DNA of 64,000 nt from a virus. Shown here piece after piece: positions 1 through 7,435 of this stretch (within the stretch, counting starts at the first letter, position 1; every line of letters starts with the position of its first letter). The notes under the pieces are model-generated. The model was given only the letters and a program-made list of their open reading frames with translations, did not search any database and was not told the DNA's origin. The stretch lies in IMG/VR virus record IMGVR_UViG_3300046543_000082, positions 1 through 64,000 of that record; one strand, 5' to 3'. The position numbers were made by a program, and so were the translations under genes.

Positions 1-125
1 TGCACTGAAGAACAAGCAGCGCATCGGATAGCCCGGCAACGTGAGTTGGGAATGTCTAGCCCGAACTGCAATCGGGCCGACCGGATGACCTGGCGAAATC
101 GGAGCCAGCGACGCGACAGAGCCGA
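1..125 (+). repeat. 125-bp exact direct repeat, copy 1 (PL leader); may extend left of the window
   Basis: Identical to 40587-40711 by base comparison. Confidence 0.97.
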
Positions 126-182
126 AGGTTTTACTAGAGCGCCACGGGTTGACGCTCCACTAAGACCACACAGGGGATAGAA

Positions 183-392
183 ATGATCGACGCAAATAAG
201 AAGTGGCACGGCGGTGAAAAGGTGGTCATCAAACACATCAGCGAGATCGGCGCCAAGGCGCTTTACGAAGGGTTGACCGGGACTGTGGAGCTCGAATACG
301 ACACGCTGGTTTATGTGCTGGTGCGAGCCAAGGGACAGCGCAAGGATCGCAGCATCTGCGTACATCGCGACTCACTGACTGTGAAGCACTAA
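183..392 (+). CDS. Hypothetical early protein
   Basis: 69-aa ORF with GGGG RBS; first gene after the leader. Confidence 0.7.
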   Translation: MIDANKKWHGGEKVVIKHISEIGAKALYEGLTGTVELEYDTLVYVLVRAKGQRKDRSICVHRDSLTVKH

Positions 393-402
393 GGAGACGG
401 AC

Positions 403-543
403 ATGAGCGACCTAGCACTCGATTTGATCGAACTGAAGCGCCTCTCTGCTGGCGGCATGGGCGCCTTGACCGAAAAACTGTTGCACGAAGTAGCAGCTCG
501 AATCATCGCATCCGGTATGCGAAACGAACTGGAGGGATGCTGA
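403..543 (+). CDS. 46-aa conserved early protein (MSDLALDLIELKRL...)
   Basis: AAGGAG RBS; homolog at 40864-41004 with mostly synonymous changes. Confidence 0.75.
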   Translation: MSDLALDLIELKRLSAGGMGALTEKLLHEVAARIIASGMRNELEGC

Positions 544-544
544 A

Positions 545-613
545 ATGGAACTCGCAATCATATTCGCGGTACTCGGGTTTGGTGATTGGTTTATTTTCGG
601 GTGGACGCGATGA
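545..613 (+). CDS. 22-aa hydrophobic microprotein MELAIIFAVLGFGDWFIFGWTR
   Basis: GGAGG RBS, ATGA coupling to next gene; homolog at 41346-41414. Confidence 0.6.
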   Translation: MELAIIFAVLGFGDWFIFGWTR

Positions 614-768
614 AATACGGATGCACTGTGATCAACGCTACTCGGCTCGGCGAGTACGTCTTCGAGAAAGAGCTTGCCGAATACGACGATGAAGCGATTG
701 AAGACGACGGCGATAGAAGCGACGAGCAATTCGACCGGATGGACAGACAAACCGAACTGAGGGGATGA
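610..768 (+). CDS. Small, highly acidic protein
   Basis: ATGA overlap; homolog at 41411-41575. Confidence 0.7.
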   Translation: MKYGCTVINATRLGEYVFEKELAEYDDEAIEDDGDRSDEQFDRMDRQTELRG

Positions 769-1076
769 GAATGGCAACGACCAAAATCGAAGGCTTCATT
801 CTGGCGCAAGAGAACTGGAGCAAGAACGGGTACATCTACACATGGTCACCTGTGGAACTGAAGGACCACGGGTACATGACCGTCATGCCGAAAGTTCTTG
901 AATTCGAGTTGCCAGACGATTTCAATCCTGTGGCGGCAATGATGGATGCCCTCATGTCAAAGAGGAAAAAAATTCAAGCCGAGTTCACCGCCCGCATCGC
1001 CGAGATCAACGACCAAATCTCGAACCTGCAAGCGCTGACGTTCAATCCAACGGAGGTGGTATGCATGGATTCGTGA
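765..1076 (+). CDS. Hypothetical phage protein with C-terminal coiled coil
   Basis: 103-aa coupled ORF. Confidence 0.75.
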   Translation: MRMATTKIEGFILAQENWSKNGYIYTWSPVELKDHGYMTVMPKVLEFELPDDFNPVAAMMDALMSKRKKIQAEFTARIAEINDQISNLQALTFNPTEVVCMDS

Positions 1077-1144
1077 TTGGCTGCATCAGCTACTTCGCCA
1101 TCGGATCGACACTGGCGATTGCGTTTATTCGGGGTGCGCGATGA
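1061..1144 (+). CDS. 27-aa single-TM microprotein
   Basis: GGAGGT RBS; MHGFVIGCISYFAIGSTLAIAFIRGAR; homolog at 41886-41957. Confidence 0.6.
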   Translation: MHGFVIGCISYFAIGSTLAIAFIRGAR

Positions 1145-1284
1145 CACAAGAAGAATTCGACGATGTACTCAAAGCATATGGCGAAGAGCACAGGATCATC
1201 CCGCGAGCAGTCATGTACGCGATGCTGTCGGATGCTTACGGCGAATTGCTGCTCGCTAAAGACGAAAACAAGGAGAAGTCGTGA
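1141..1284 (+). CDS. 47-aa hypothetical protein, absent in unit B
   Basis: ATGA and GTGA overlaps on both sides. Confidence 0.6.
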   Translation: MTQEEFDDVLKAYGEEHRIIPRAVMYAMLSDAYGELLLAKDENKEKS

Positions 1285-1406
1285 GAATCGTAACGGAGCA
1301 GGAATTGAATAAATGCGTAACGCTCAGCGATTTGGCGGTCGGCATTGCAGTCGGCGCACTGATGGGGCTTGTGTTCTACGGCGCGCTTCTCGTCGGGATC
1401 GGCTGA
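1281..1406 (+). CDS. 41-aa protein with C-terminal TM segment
   Basis: AAGGAG RBS; homolog at 41954-42079. Confidence 0.65.
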   Translation: MRIVTEQELNKCVTLSDLAVGIAVGALMGLVFYGALLVGIG

Positions 1407-1407
1407 C

Positions 1408-1533
1408 ATGTGGCAACTAGCGAAGATATGGGCCGCAACCATGCTTCTCGCGCTGCTCTACCTGATGGCAGGCGGAGTGATGGATAGCTTGGAGCAGCGT
1501 GCAGAACAGTGCCGCACCGTTCATTGCGCTTGA
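1408..1533 (+). CDS. 41-aa protein with N-terminal TM segment
   Basis: Homolog at 42081-42206. Confidence 0.6.
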   Translation: MWQLAKIWAATMLLALLYLMAGGVMDSLEQRAEQCRTVHCA

Positions 1534-1585
1534 GCGCGTAGTACAACTAACGCCCAACCTAGTCTTGGGCACATTGGAGAAATAA

Positions 1586-2374
1586 ATGAGTACAGCACTT
1601 GTAACACTTACATCGAAGTTGGCCGCACGTTTGGATATGGGTGACAGCTCGGGCTTGATGGAAACCCTGAAAGCGACCGCATTTAAGGGTCAAGTATCCG
1701 ACGCGCAGATGACCGCGCTGATGATCGTCGCGAATCAGTACGGTCTGAATCCGTGGACGAAGGAAATCTACGCCTTCCCGGACAAGAACAACGGCATTGT
1801 GCCGGTGGTCGGAGTCGACGGTTGGTCGCGGATCATCAACGAGAATGCTCAGTTTGATGGCATGGACTTCGAGCAAGATAACGAGTCCTGCACCTGCATC
1901 ATCTACCGGAAAGATCGCACGAGGCCGGTACGCATCACCGAATACATGTCCGAATGCAAGCGCGGTACAGGACCGTGGCAGTCACACCCGAAGCGGATGC
2001 TGCGCCACAAAGCAATGATCCAGTGCGCCCGTCTCGCCTTCGGATATGTCGGTATCTACGACCAAGACGAGGCAGAGCGCATCGTCGACATGGGCGCCGC
2101 GCAAGAGGTTAGGAAGAGCGCCACTGAGATTGCTCAGAAGGCCGCTGAAGACTCCCGACCGAAGCGAACCGAGTATCACGACGAGATCATCAAAAAGCTG
2201 GAGAAGGTCGCGAAGGATTTGGGCTTCGAGCCATTCAAGGAAGAGTGGAGCAAGTTGTCCGTCGAAGACCGCTCGGCGATCGGCTTGAACGAACGAAACC
2301 GGATCGGCGCAATCGCCAACTCGACGCCTGTCGAAACGACCGAACAACGCCAGCCAGGAGCCGACGATGAGTGA
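1586..2374 (+). CDS. bet: Phage recombination protein Bet (RecT/Red-beta family annealase)
   Basis: ANQYGLNPWTKEIYAFPDK-GIVPVVGVDGW and PWQSHPKRMLRHKAMIQCARLAFG match lambda Bet. Confidence 0.95.
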   Translation: MSTALVTLTSKLAARLDMGDSSGLMETLKATAFKGQVSDAQMTALMIVANQYGLNPWTKEIYAFPDKNNGIVPVVGVDGWSRIINENAQFDGMDFEQDNESCTCIIYRKDRTRPVRITEYMSECKRGTGPWQSHPKRMLRHKAMIQCARLAFGYVGIYDQDEAERIVDMGAAQEVRKSATEIAQKAAEDSRPKRTEYHDEIIKKLEKVAKDLGFEPFKEEWSKLSVEDRSAIGLNERNRIGAIANSTPVETTEQRQPGADDE

Positions 2375-3047
2375 TGTGATCGAGCAGCGCAGCGATGCGT
2401 GGCGCGCCGAGCGCGCAGGGAAGCTGACCGCGTCGCGCTTCATCGACGCAATCGCGATGACCCGTCCGGAGCCGGGCGAGGTCTACAAGTCTGGCCCGCG
2501 CAAGGGCCAGCCGAAGCTTCCCGAGTCTTTGGCGCCGCGCGAGAAGTACAAGCGCGAGGTCGCTTTCGAGCGGATGGCCGGTATCCCGCGGCATGAGATC
2601 AGCGGACAGGCGCTGCGATACGGGACGGAGGTCGAGCAGTTTGCTCGTGAGGCGTACGAGCTGGCGACAGGAAACATCGCTGTCGAGGCGCAGTTCGTGT
2701 GCCACCCCGACTATCCGTTTATCGGTGCCTCGCCGGACTTCCTCGTCGACGACGACGGCGGCGGCGAAATGAAATGCCCGATGGATGAAGGCGTTCACAT
2801 CGGCACGTGGCTCGACGGCGTGCCGCCGGATCACCTTCCGCAGATTCAAGGCGGGATGCTCGTCACCGGCCGGCAGTGGTGGGACTTCGTCTCATACGAC
2901 CCGCGCCAGTGCGAAAAGCTCCGCCTGTTCGTCAAGCGCGTCCCGCGCGACAGCACCTACATCGACAAGATCCTCCTCCCCGGCCTGCTGCAGTTCAACG
3001 CAGAGGTCGATCAGATGATCGAAGAACTCAACCGCCGCGCAGCATGA
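2367..3047 (+). CDS. exo: YqaJ/lambda-type exonuclease
   Basis: QRSDAW..R.GKLTAS, GASPD, EMKCP, QIQGGM, WDFVSYDPR motifs. Confidence 0.92.
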   Translation: MSDVIEQRSDAWRAERAGKLTASRFIDAIAMTRPEPGEVYKSGPRKGQPKLPESLAPREKYKREVAFERMAGIPRHEISGQALRYGTEVEQFAREAYELATGNIAVEAQFVCHPDYPFIGASPDFLVDDDGGGEMKCPMDEGVHIGTWLDGVPPDHLPQIQGGMLVTGRQWWDFVSYDPRQCEKLRLFVKRVPRDSTYIDKILLPGLLQFNAEVDQMIEELNRRAA

Positions 3048-3118
3048 CCGGAAGCAACATCGTGCTTGCTGTAATCGCTGCGATGTATGTCTTGCATTTT
3101 TTAATCGAAAGGATATGA
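3044..3118 (+). CDS. 24-aa TM microprotein MTGSNIVLAVIAAMYVLHFLIERI
   Basis: Coupled to exo stop; near-identical copy at 43428-43502. Confidence 0.6.
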   Translation: MTGSNIVLAVIAAMYVLHFLIERI

Positions 3119-3119
3119 G

Positions 3120-3326
3120 ATGAGCGAGAAGAACAACGGGGGCGCCGCCTTCCCTAATATCGAGTACATGGCTGAAGAGGGAATGTCATTGCGTGACTAC
3201 TTCGCGGGACAGGAGCTTGCGAAAACCATCGGCCCGGTGATGTGCGACGAGGCATCGTTTTATGACCGCCTCGCGGACCACTGCTACCGCATGGCCGATG
3301 CAATGATTCGCGCCCGTGACGCATGA
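3120..3326 (+). CDS. Common phage hypothetical protein (GGxAFP...GMSLRDYFA family)
   Basis: Characteristic motif and C-terminal YRMADAMIRAR. Confidence 0.8.
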   Translation: MSEKNNGGAAFPNIEYMAEEGMSLRDYFAGQELAKTIGPVMCDEASFYDRLADHCYRMADAMIRARDA

Positions 3327-3387
3327 CCCACCGCACAAAGACCGCCGCTCTCACGCACCTACGAGCGATAAACGATATGAGGTAAGA

Positions 3388-4035
3388 ATGAACGGGATCG
3401 TAGTCGACTTGTTCGATAAAACGGGGAACATGGCTAGACCGTGGGCAGAGGCAGGATACGAGTGCGTCTGTTACGACATCGCGCACGAGCATCCTCGATT
3501 CGAGCGCGTGGGCGCCGGTTCGATCATGTTCGTCCCGTTCGATCTGATGCACCGCGCGCCGCTCGTCACCGGGAAGGTTGCGATTGTGTTTGCCTTTCCG
3601 CCCTGCACTCACCTGGCTGTATCTGGTGCGCGCTGGTTCAAGGGAAAGGGACTACGCGCCTTGGCTGAGTCGGTGCAGATGTTCGCCACTGCTGCGGAGT
3701 TTGCAGAGGCCAGCGACGCGCCGTACTTGATCGAGAACCCGGTCAGCACTATCTCGACATACTGGCGAAGGGCTGATTACACGTTCCACCCGTTCGAATA
3801 CTCGGCGTTCGACCTGAACGACAACTACACAAAGAAAACTTGTCTTTGGACTGGTGGAGGATTCGTGATGCCAGAGCCAGAGATAAATCTCTATCTCGGC
3901 AAGCCAGACAATCGGATACATGCGGCGCCGCCGTCAGACGAACGCGCCGATTTCCGAAGCGCTACGCCGATGGGCTTTGCTCGGGCAGTGTTCGAATCGA
4001 ATCGCTCTCTGGTCGAAACGCGACTGGCAGCTTAA
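3388..4035 (+). CDS. Compact phage C5-cytosine DNA methyltransferase-like protein
   Basis: DLF..G, FPPCT and IENPV motifs; GAGGT RBS. Confidence 0.8.
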   Translation: MNGIVVDLFDKTGNMARPWAEAGYECVCYDIAHEHPRFERVGAGSIMFVPFDLMHRAPLVTGKVAIVFAFPPCTHLAVSGARWFKGKGLRALAESVQMFATAAEFAEASDAPYLIENPVSTISTYWRRADYTFHPFEYSAFDLNDNYTKKTCLWTGGGFVMPEPEINLYLGKPDNRIHAAPPSDERADFRSATPMGFARAVFESNRSLVETRLAA

Positions 4036-4074
4036 CTCACGCACCTACAACGAACGCGCAAAAAAGGAACAGAA

Positions 4075-4701
4075 ATGAGAGATGACCAGAAACGCGCCCT
4101 TCTATCCGATGGCGGCAAGGGTGAGGCGGTGTATCAGTACAAGGTCCGAGATTTGAGCGGCTGGCATGACTGCGATGCAGGGGCATATGAGCGGATCACG
4201 ACAAACATGCCTGAGCATGTGGAAGCGCGCACGCTATTCACCGCCCCGCAAGCCATCGGCAAGGGTGAGGCGCAGAACGTGATGAACATTCCGCTGGACG
4301 CTGCCGCTACGGTGGCTGATTACGCCCCGCAAGCCGAGTGCGCACCGCGTGAGGCGCAGCCGGTCGATCTTCTCGTCTGCTCGGAAACGATCCGCACGGC
4401 GATTTTGCGAGGCAATGCACATGCCGCTGGCCTTGCTGCTGGTCTTGCGTCGCTAGCGAAAGAAAAGGGATTCCCGAACTACGCCGCCCCTACGCCTGAG
4501 CGTGCGGACGCCATGCGGTATCGATTCCTACGCGCTGGCGCATCGTTCACAGCCGAACAAAGCGCTACGCTCCGGTTTCAACGATTCGTAGGCGTGGAGC
4601 ACGACTTTCACTCAGATTGGGTTGGCGAGCGTTTCGACGCCAGTGTTGATGCAGCAATCGACGCCGCTATCCTCGCCGCCAACAAGGAGCCGCAACCGTG
4701 A
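4075..4701 (+). CDS. Modular early protein with internal repeat-bounded segments
   Basis: Shares repeat blocks with 44470-45378. Confidence 0.7.
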   Translation: MRDDQKRALLSDGGKGEAVYQYKVRDLSGWHDCDAGAYERITTNMPEHVEARTLFTAPQAIGKGEAQNVMNIPLDAAATVADYAPQAECAPREAQPVDLLVCSETIRTAILRGNAHAAGLAAGLASLAKEKGFPNYAAPTPERADAMRYRFLRAGASFTAEQSATLRFQRFVGVEHDFHSDWVGERFDASVDAAIDAAILAANKEPQP

Positions 4702-5285
4702 CCGATCATACAAAGCTGCGCGAACTGGCGGAAGCCGCGACGCCAGGAGAATGGTTTCCGGAAACGTACAGCGATGGTCATCGACAGGTATGCGGAAATC
4801 AGCGTGTCGTTGACGATGACGAAGAGACGTATGCGACGATAGCCGATGTGCACAATCGCGCGGATCATGAGTATTTGGTAGCCGCCAATCCATTGATGAT
4901 CATCGCCCTGCTCGACGAAATCGGCTGCCTTCGCAAGAGTCTCGCCGAAGCCCTGCTATCCGCCGAGCGAGCGCGAGAAGAACGGAACCGCGAGCATGTC
5001 CGCCTCAATGCTGAGTGGATGGCGAAGTGCGAGGAGTTGCGGAAGGAGCGCGACCACTACCAGATGGCGGCCGAAGCTGAGGCCAAGTTCGCAGACGAGT
5101 TTCGAGAGAAAGCAGAGGAGTTGGCGGACAAGATGCGCATGGACATTATGAATATCCCGTGCAAAGAACCGGAGCATTTCGAAGATGCAGCAGTTCGGAT
5201 GGCCTATCGCGTAGGCCACCGAGACGCAAGGCACGCTGCGTTCGATATTGTTGGCTCGGTCGTGGCGAAGAAGGAGGGAGCGTAG
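4698..5285 (+). CDS. Ead/Ea22-like protein
   Basis: LRELAEAATPGEW and AANP..IIALLDE motifs. Confidence 0.8.
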   Translation: MTDHTKLRELAEAATPGEWFPETYSDGHRQVCGNQRVVDDDEETYATIADVHNRADHEYLVAANPLMIIALLDEIGCLRKSLAEALLSAERAREERNREHVRLNAEWMAKCEELRKERDHYQMAAEAEAKFADEFREKAEELADKMRMDIMNIPCKEPEHFEDAAVRMAYRVGHRDARHAAFDIVGSVVAKKEGA

Positions 5286-5483
5286 ATGAAGCTTCGACTC
5301 GACGAATGGTTGCGCCGGGAATTCGAGCCGGCGCCGGCCATCCGAACCGCGCGCCTGTGGATTCGTGACGGAAAAATATGGCCGGCGCCCGTGAAGGTCG
5401 GGCGAGCGTACTATGTCGATCAGAACGCCACGTTTCAGGACCGATCAACCCGGCCTTCACTGGCCCAGCGCATACAAAAATAA
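5286..5483 (+). CDS. xis: Excisionase (lambda Xis-like)
   Basis: LDEW...P...T.RLW.RDGKIWPAPVKVGRAY; directly upstream of int. Confidence 0.9.
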   Translation: MKLRLDEWLRREFEPAPAIRTARLWIRDGKIWPAPVKVGRAYYVDQNATFQDRSTRPSLAQRIQK

Positions 5484-6592
5484 TGGCAGCCCGCCCACGG
5501 ATAAGACGCCGCGCCAACTGGCCGGCGAACCTGCATGAGCCGCGCCCCGGGTACTATACGTGGCTCGATCCGCGCGATAAGAAGACGCACATTCTTGGCC
5601 GCATTCCGCTCGCGCAGGCCATCCACGAGGCGCAAGAGGCGAACGTGATCGTGGAGAACGGGAAGCTGAATCGAACGCTTGCAGAGCGTCTATCAGCCCC
5701 GACGAACACGGTCGCCGACCTTATCAAACGTATGTCGACGGACGGCCAGAAGGCTTCGACGCTGAAAACGCGCGGGTATCTCGATGGAGCGATTGTCAAT
5801 GCAATCGGCACAGTCCCATGCAACGAACTGACGACAAAGCACGTCGCCGAGTTTATCGAGCCGCTTGTGGAGCAGGACAAAAAGCGCACGGCTCAGGCGA
5901 TTCGCAACCGCCTGATGTCAATTTGCCGGAAGGGAAAGCAACTCGGCTGGATGACAGAGAACCCGGTCACGGACACGGAACGGCCGAAGCCGAAGACGAA
6001 ACGGCGCCGGCTGAAGCTGGAAGAATTTCAGGCGATCTTCGAGAAGGCGCCGGAAGTGAACGACTGGTTGCAGAACGCGATGCTTCTGGCGCTCGTCTCA
6101 GGACAGGATCGGGCAACCATCGCGCGTTGGGAACGCTCGTTCTCGTCCGGAAGCGTCGTCCTTCTTCAGCGCTCGAAGACTTCGGTGAAGATCGAGATTC
6201 CAGTTGCGTTGCGACTCGACGCGATTGGTCTGTCGCTGGCTGATGTAATCGCGCGTTGCAAGTCGACCGGCGTCGTTAGCAAGTACCTGATCCACCATAT
6301 CAAGAATCAGGGGCGCGCCGTGCGTGGCTCGCATGTGAAGCTCGGCAGCATATCGATGGCGTTCGCCGCGGCGCGCGAGCTGGCGGGAATCACAGGCGAC
6401 GATCCGCCCACGTTTCACGAGATTCGCAGCCTGGCGAAGCGGCTTTACGACGAGCAGGGTGGCGTCGACACGAAAGCGTTGCTCGGCCACATGACCGACG
6501 CGATGGCGGAAATGTACGCCGACAGCCGGGGAATCGCGCCGATCAAAGTCACGATTGAGGAAAAAAATGGCGAGACCAAGAAGCAAGGGTAG
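5483..6592 (+). CDS. int: Tyrosine integrase with lambda-type N-terminal arm-binding domain
   Basis: PTFHEIRSLA, LLGH and catalytic Tyr (MYADSR); TAATG coupling with xis. Confidence 0.95.
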   Translation: MAARPRIRRRANWPANLHEPRPGYYTWLDPRDKKTHILGRIPLAQAIHEAQEANVIVENGKLNRTLAERLSAPTNTVADLIKRMSTDGQKASTLKTRGYLDGAIVNAIGTVPCNELTTKHVAEFIEPLVEQDKKRTAQAIRNRLMSICRKGKQLGWMTENPVTDTERPKPKTKRRRLKLEEFQAIFEKAPEVNDWLQNAMLLALVSGQDRATIARWERSFSSGSVVLLQRSKTSVKIEIPVALRLDAIGLSLADVIARCKSTGVVSKYLIHHIKNQGRAVRGSHVKLGSISMAFAAARELAGITGDDPPTFHEIRSLAKRLYDEQGGVDTKALLGHMTDAMAEMYADSRGIAPIKVTIEEKNGETKKQG

Positions 6593-7145
6593 AACGGGGC
6601 TTCCGGAGAATCTATATTCTCAGATCAGAAACGGAAATGAGCATTTCAGATACCGAAGTCTTATAACTGGACGTACTAAATCAATTGGAACTGACCGCGA
6701 ACGCGCCGTCCAATATGCCGAAGAAGCCAATCGTGAAGTTGAAGGTAGGCGTGGTCTTAGAACTCACGCTCAGCAATCTGTTAAGCATGGCTATATAGAC
6801 TATCGTGGTCTTTTGGAGCAGGACACCATTGCCATGAAGGCACTGATGTTCGATCACATTTGCGGCGTCTATTTCCTATTGGATCAGGAAACGATAGTCT
6901 ATGTCGGTCAATCGCTGAACGTCATGGCACGTTTGTCAGATCACAGAAGAGAAGGACAAAAGCAGTTCAATCGAATTTTCGTCGTCGAATGCAAGATCGG
7001 AGAATTGACGCATCTGGAGGCACTATACATCGACAAGTTCAAGCCGATCTATAACCTAGCACGGCCGGCCGTTAACCCCGAGTCAACGGCATGGGATGCA
7101 TCTCTTTCAGACCTGCTTCGAGGGGCAGTGTATGAGCAGAATTAA
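6567..7145 (+). CDS. Integrase-N (arm-binding) domain fused to GIY-YIG nuclease
   Basis: N-term MARPRS..R..LPENLY...FRYR..ITG....IGTDRERA...A.EAN; C-term GVYFL...VYVGQS.N...RL..H...LE..YI....P.YN. Confidence 0.85.
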   Translation: MARPRSKGRTGLPENLYSQIRNGNEHFRYRSLITGRTKSIGTDRERAVQYAEEANREVEGRRGLRTHAQQSVKHGYIDYRGLLEQDTIAMKALMFDHICGVYFLLDQETIVYVGQSLNVMARLSDHRREGQKQFNRIFVVECKIGELTHLEALYIDKFKPIYNLARPAVNPESTAWDASLSDLLRGAVYEQN

Positions 7146-7217
7146 CGACAAATATTCCACGCCTGTTCAACGCCCATCCGAAAAACGTTGCTGATAAAGG
7201 GATCTAGGTTAATCGGT

Positions 7218-7243
7218 ACCACCTCGGAGATGTAGGCGCCTGA
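7218..7243. other. Putative attP core of unit A
   Basis: GC-richer island in AT-rich intergenic DNA after int; minus strand reads SGAYISEVV. Confidence 0.5.
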
Positions 7244-7332
7244 AGACGTTGATTTTCGCTTTATTTTCAAAGAATTATCTCCGTTTCAGCACGCAAAAAC
7301 ATGTGCCGAAATGAGCAATTACGTCCTAATGA

Positions 7333-7345
7333 AATCAAATACTTG
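7333..7345 (+). promoter_or_regulatory. IHF binding site in attP arm
   Basis: AATCAAATACTTG matches WATCAANNNNTTR. Confidence 0.6.
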
Positions 7346-7435
7346 CGCTTAGTTTTGAACAGATGAATATCGCGCTGTAGTAAAATCCGCGCGCTGACTG
7401 AATAAAAACTAAGCAAAAAATACCGAGAGGAGATT

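Noticed and set aside
5-100. Hammerhead ribozyme (CTGAAGA ... CGAAA)
   Set aside because: I could not form the three stems and cleavage triplet around the core motifs
3388-4035. Restriction-modification system
   Set aside because: No adjacent restriction endonuclease; orphan methyltransferase in an early operon
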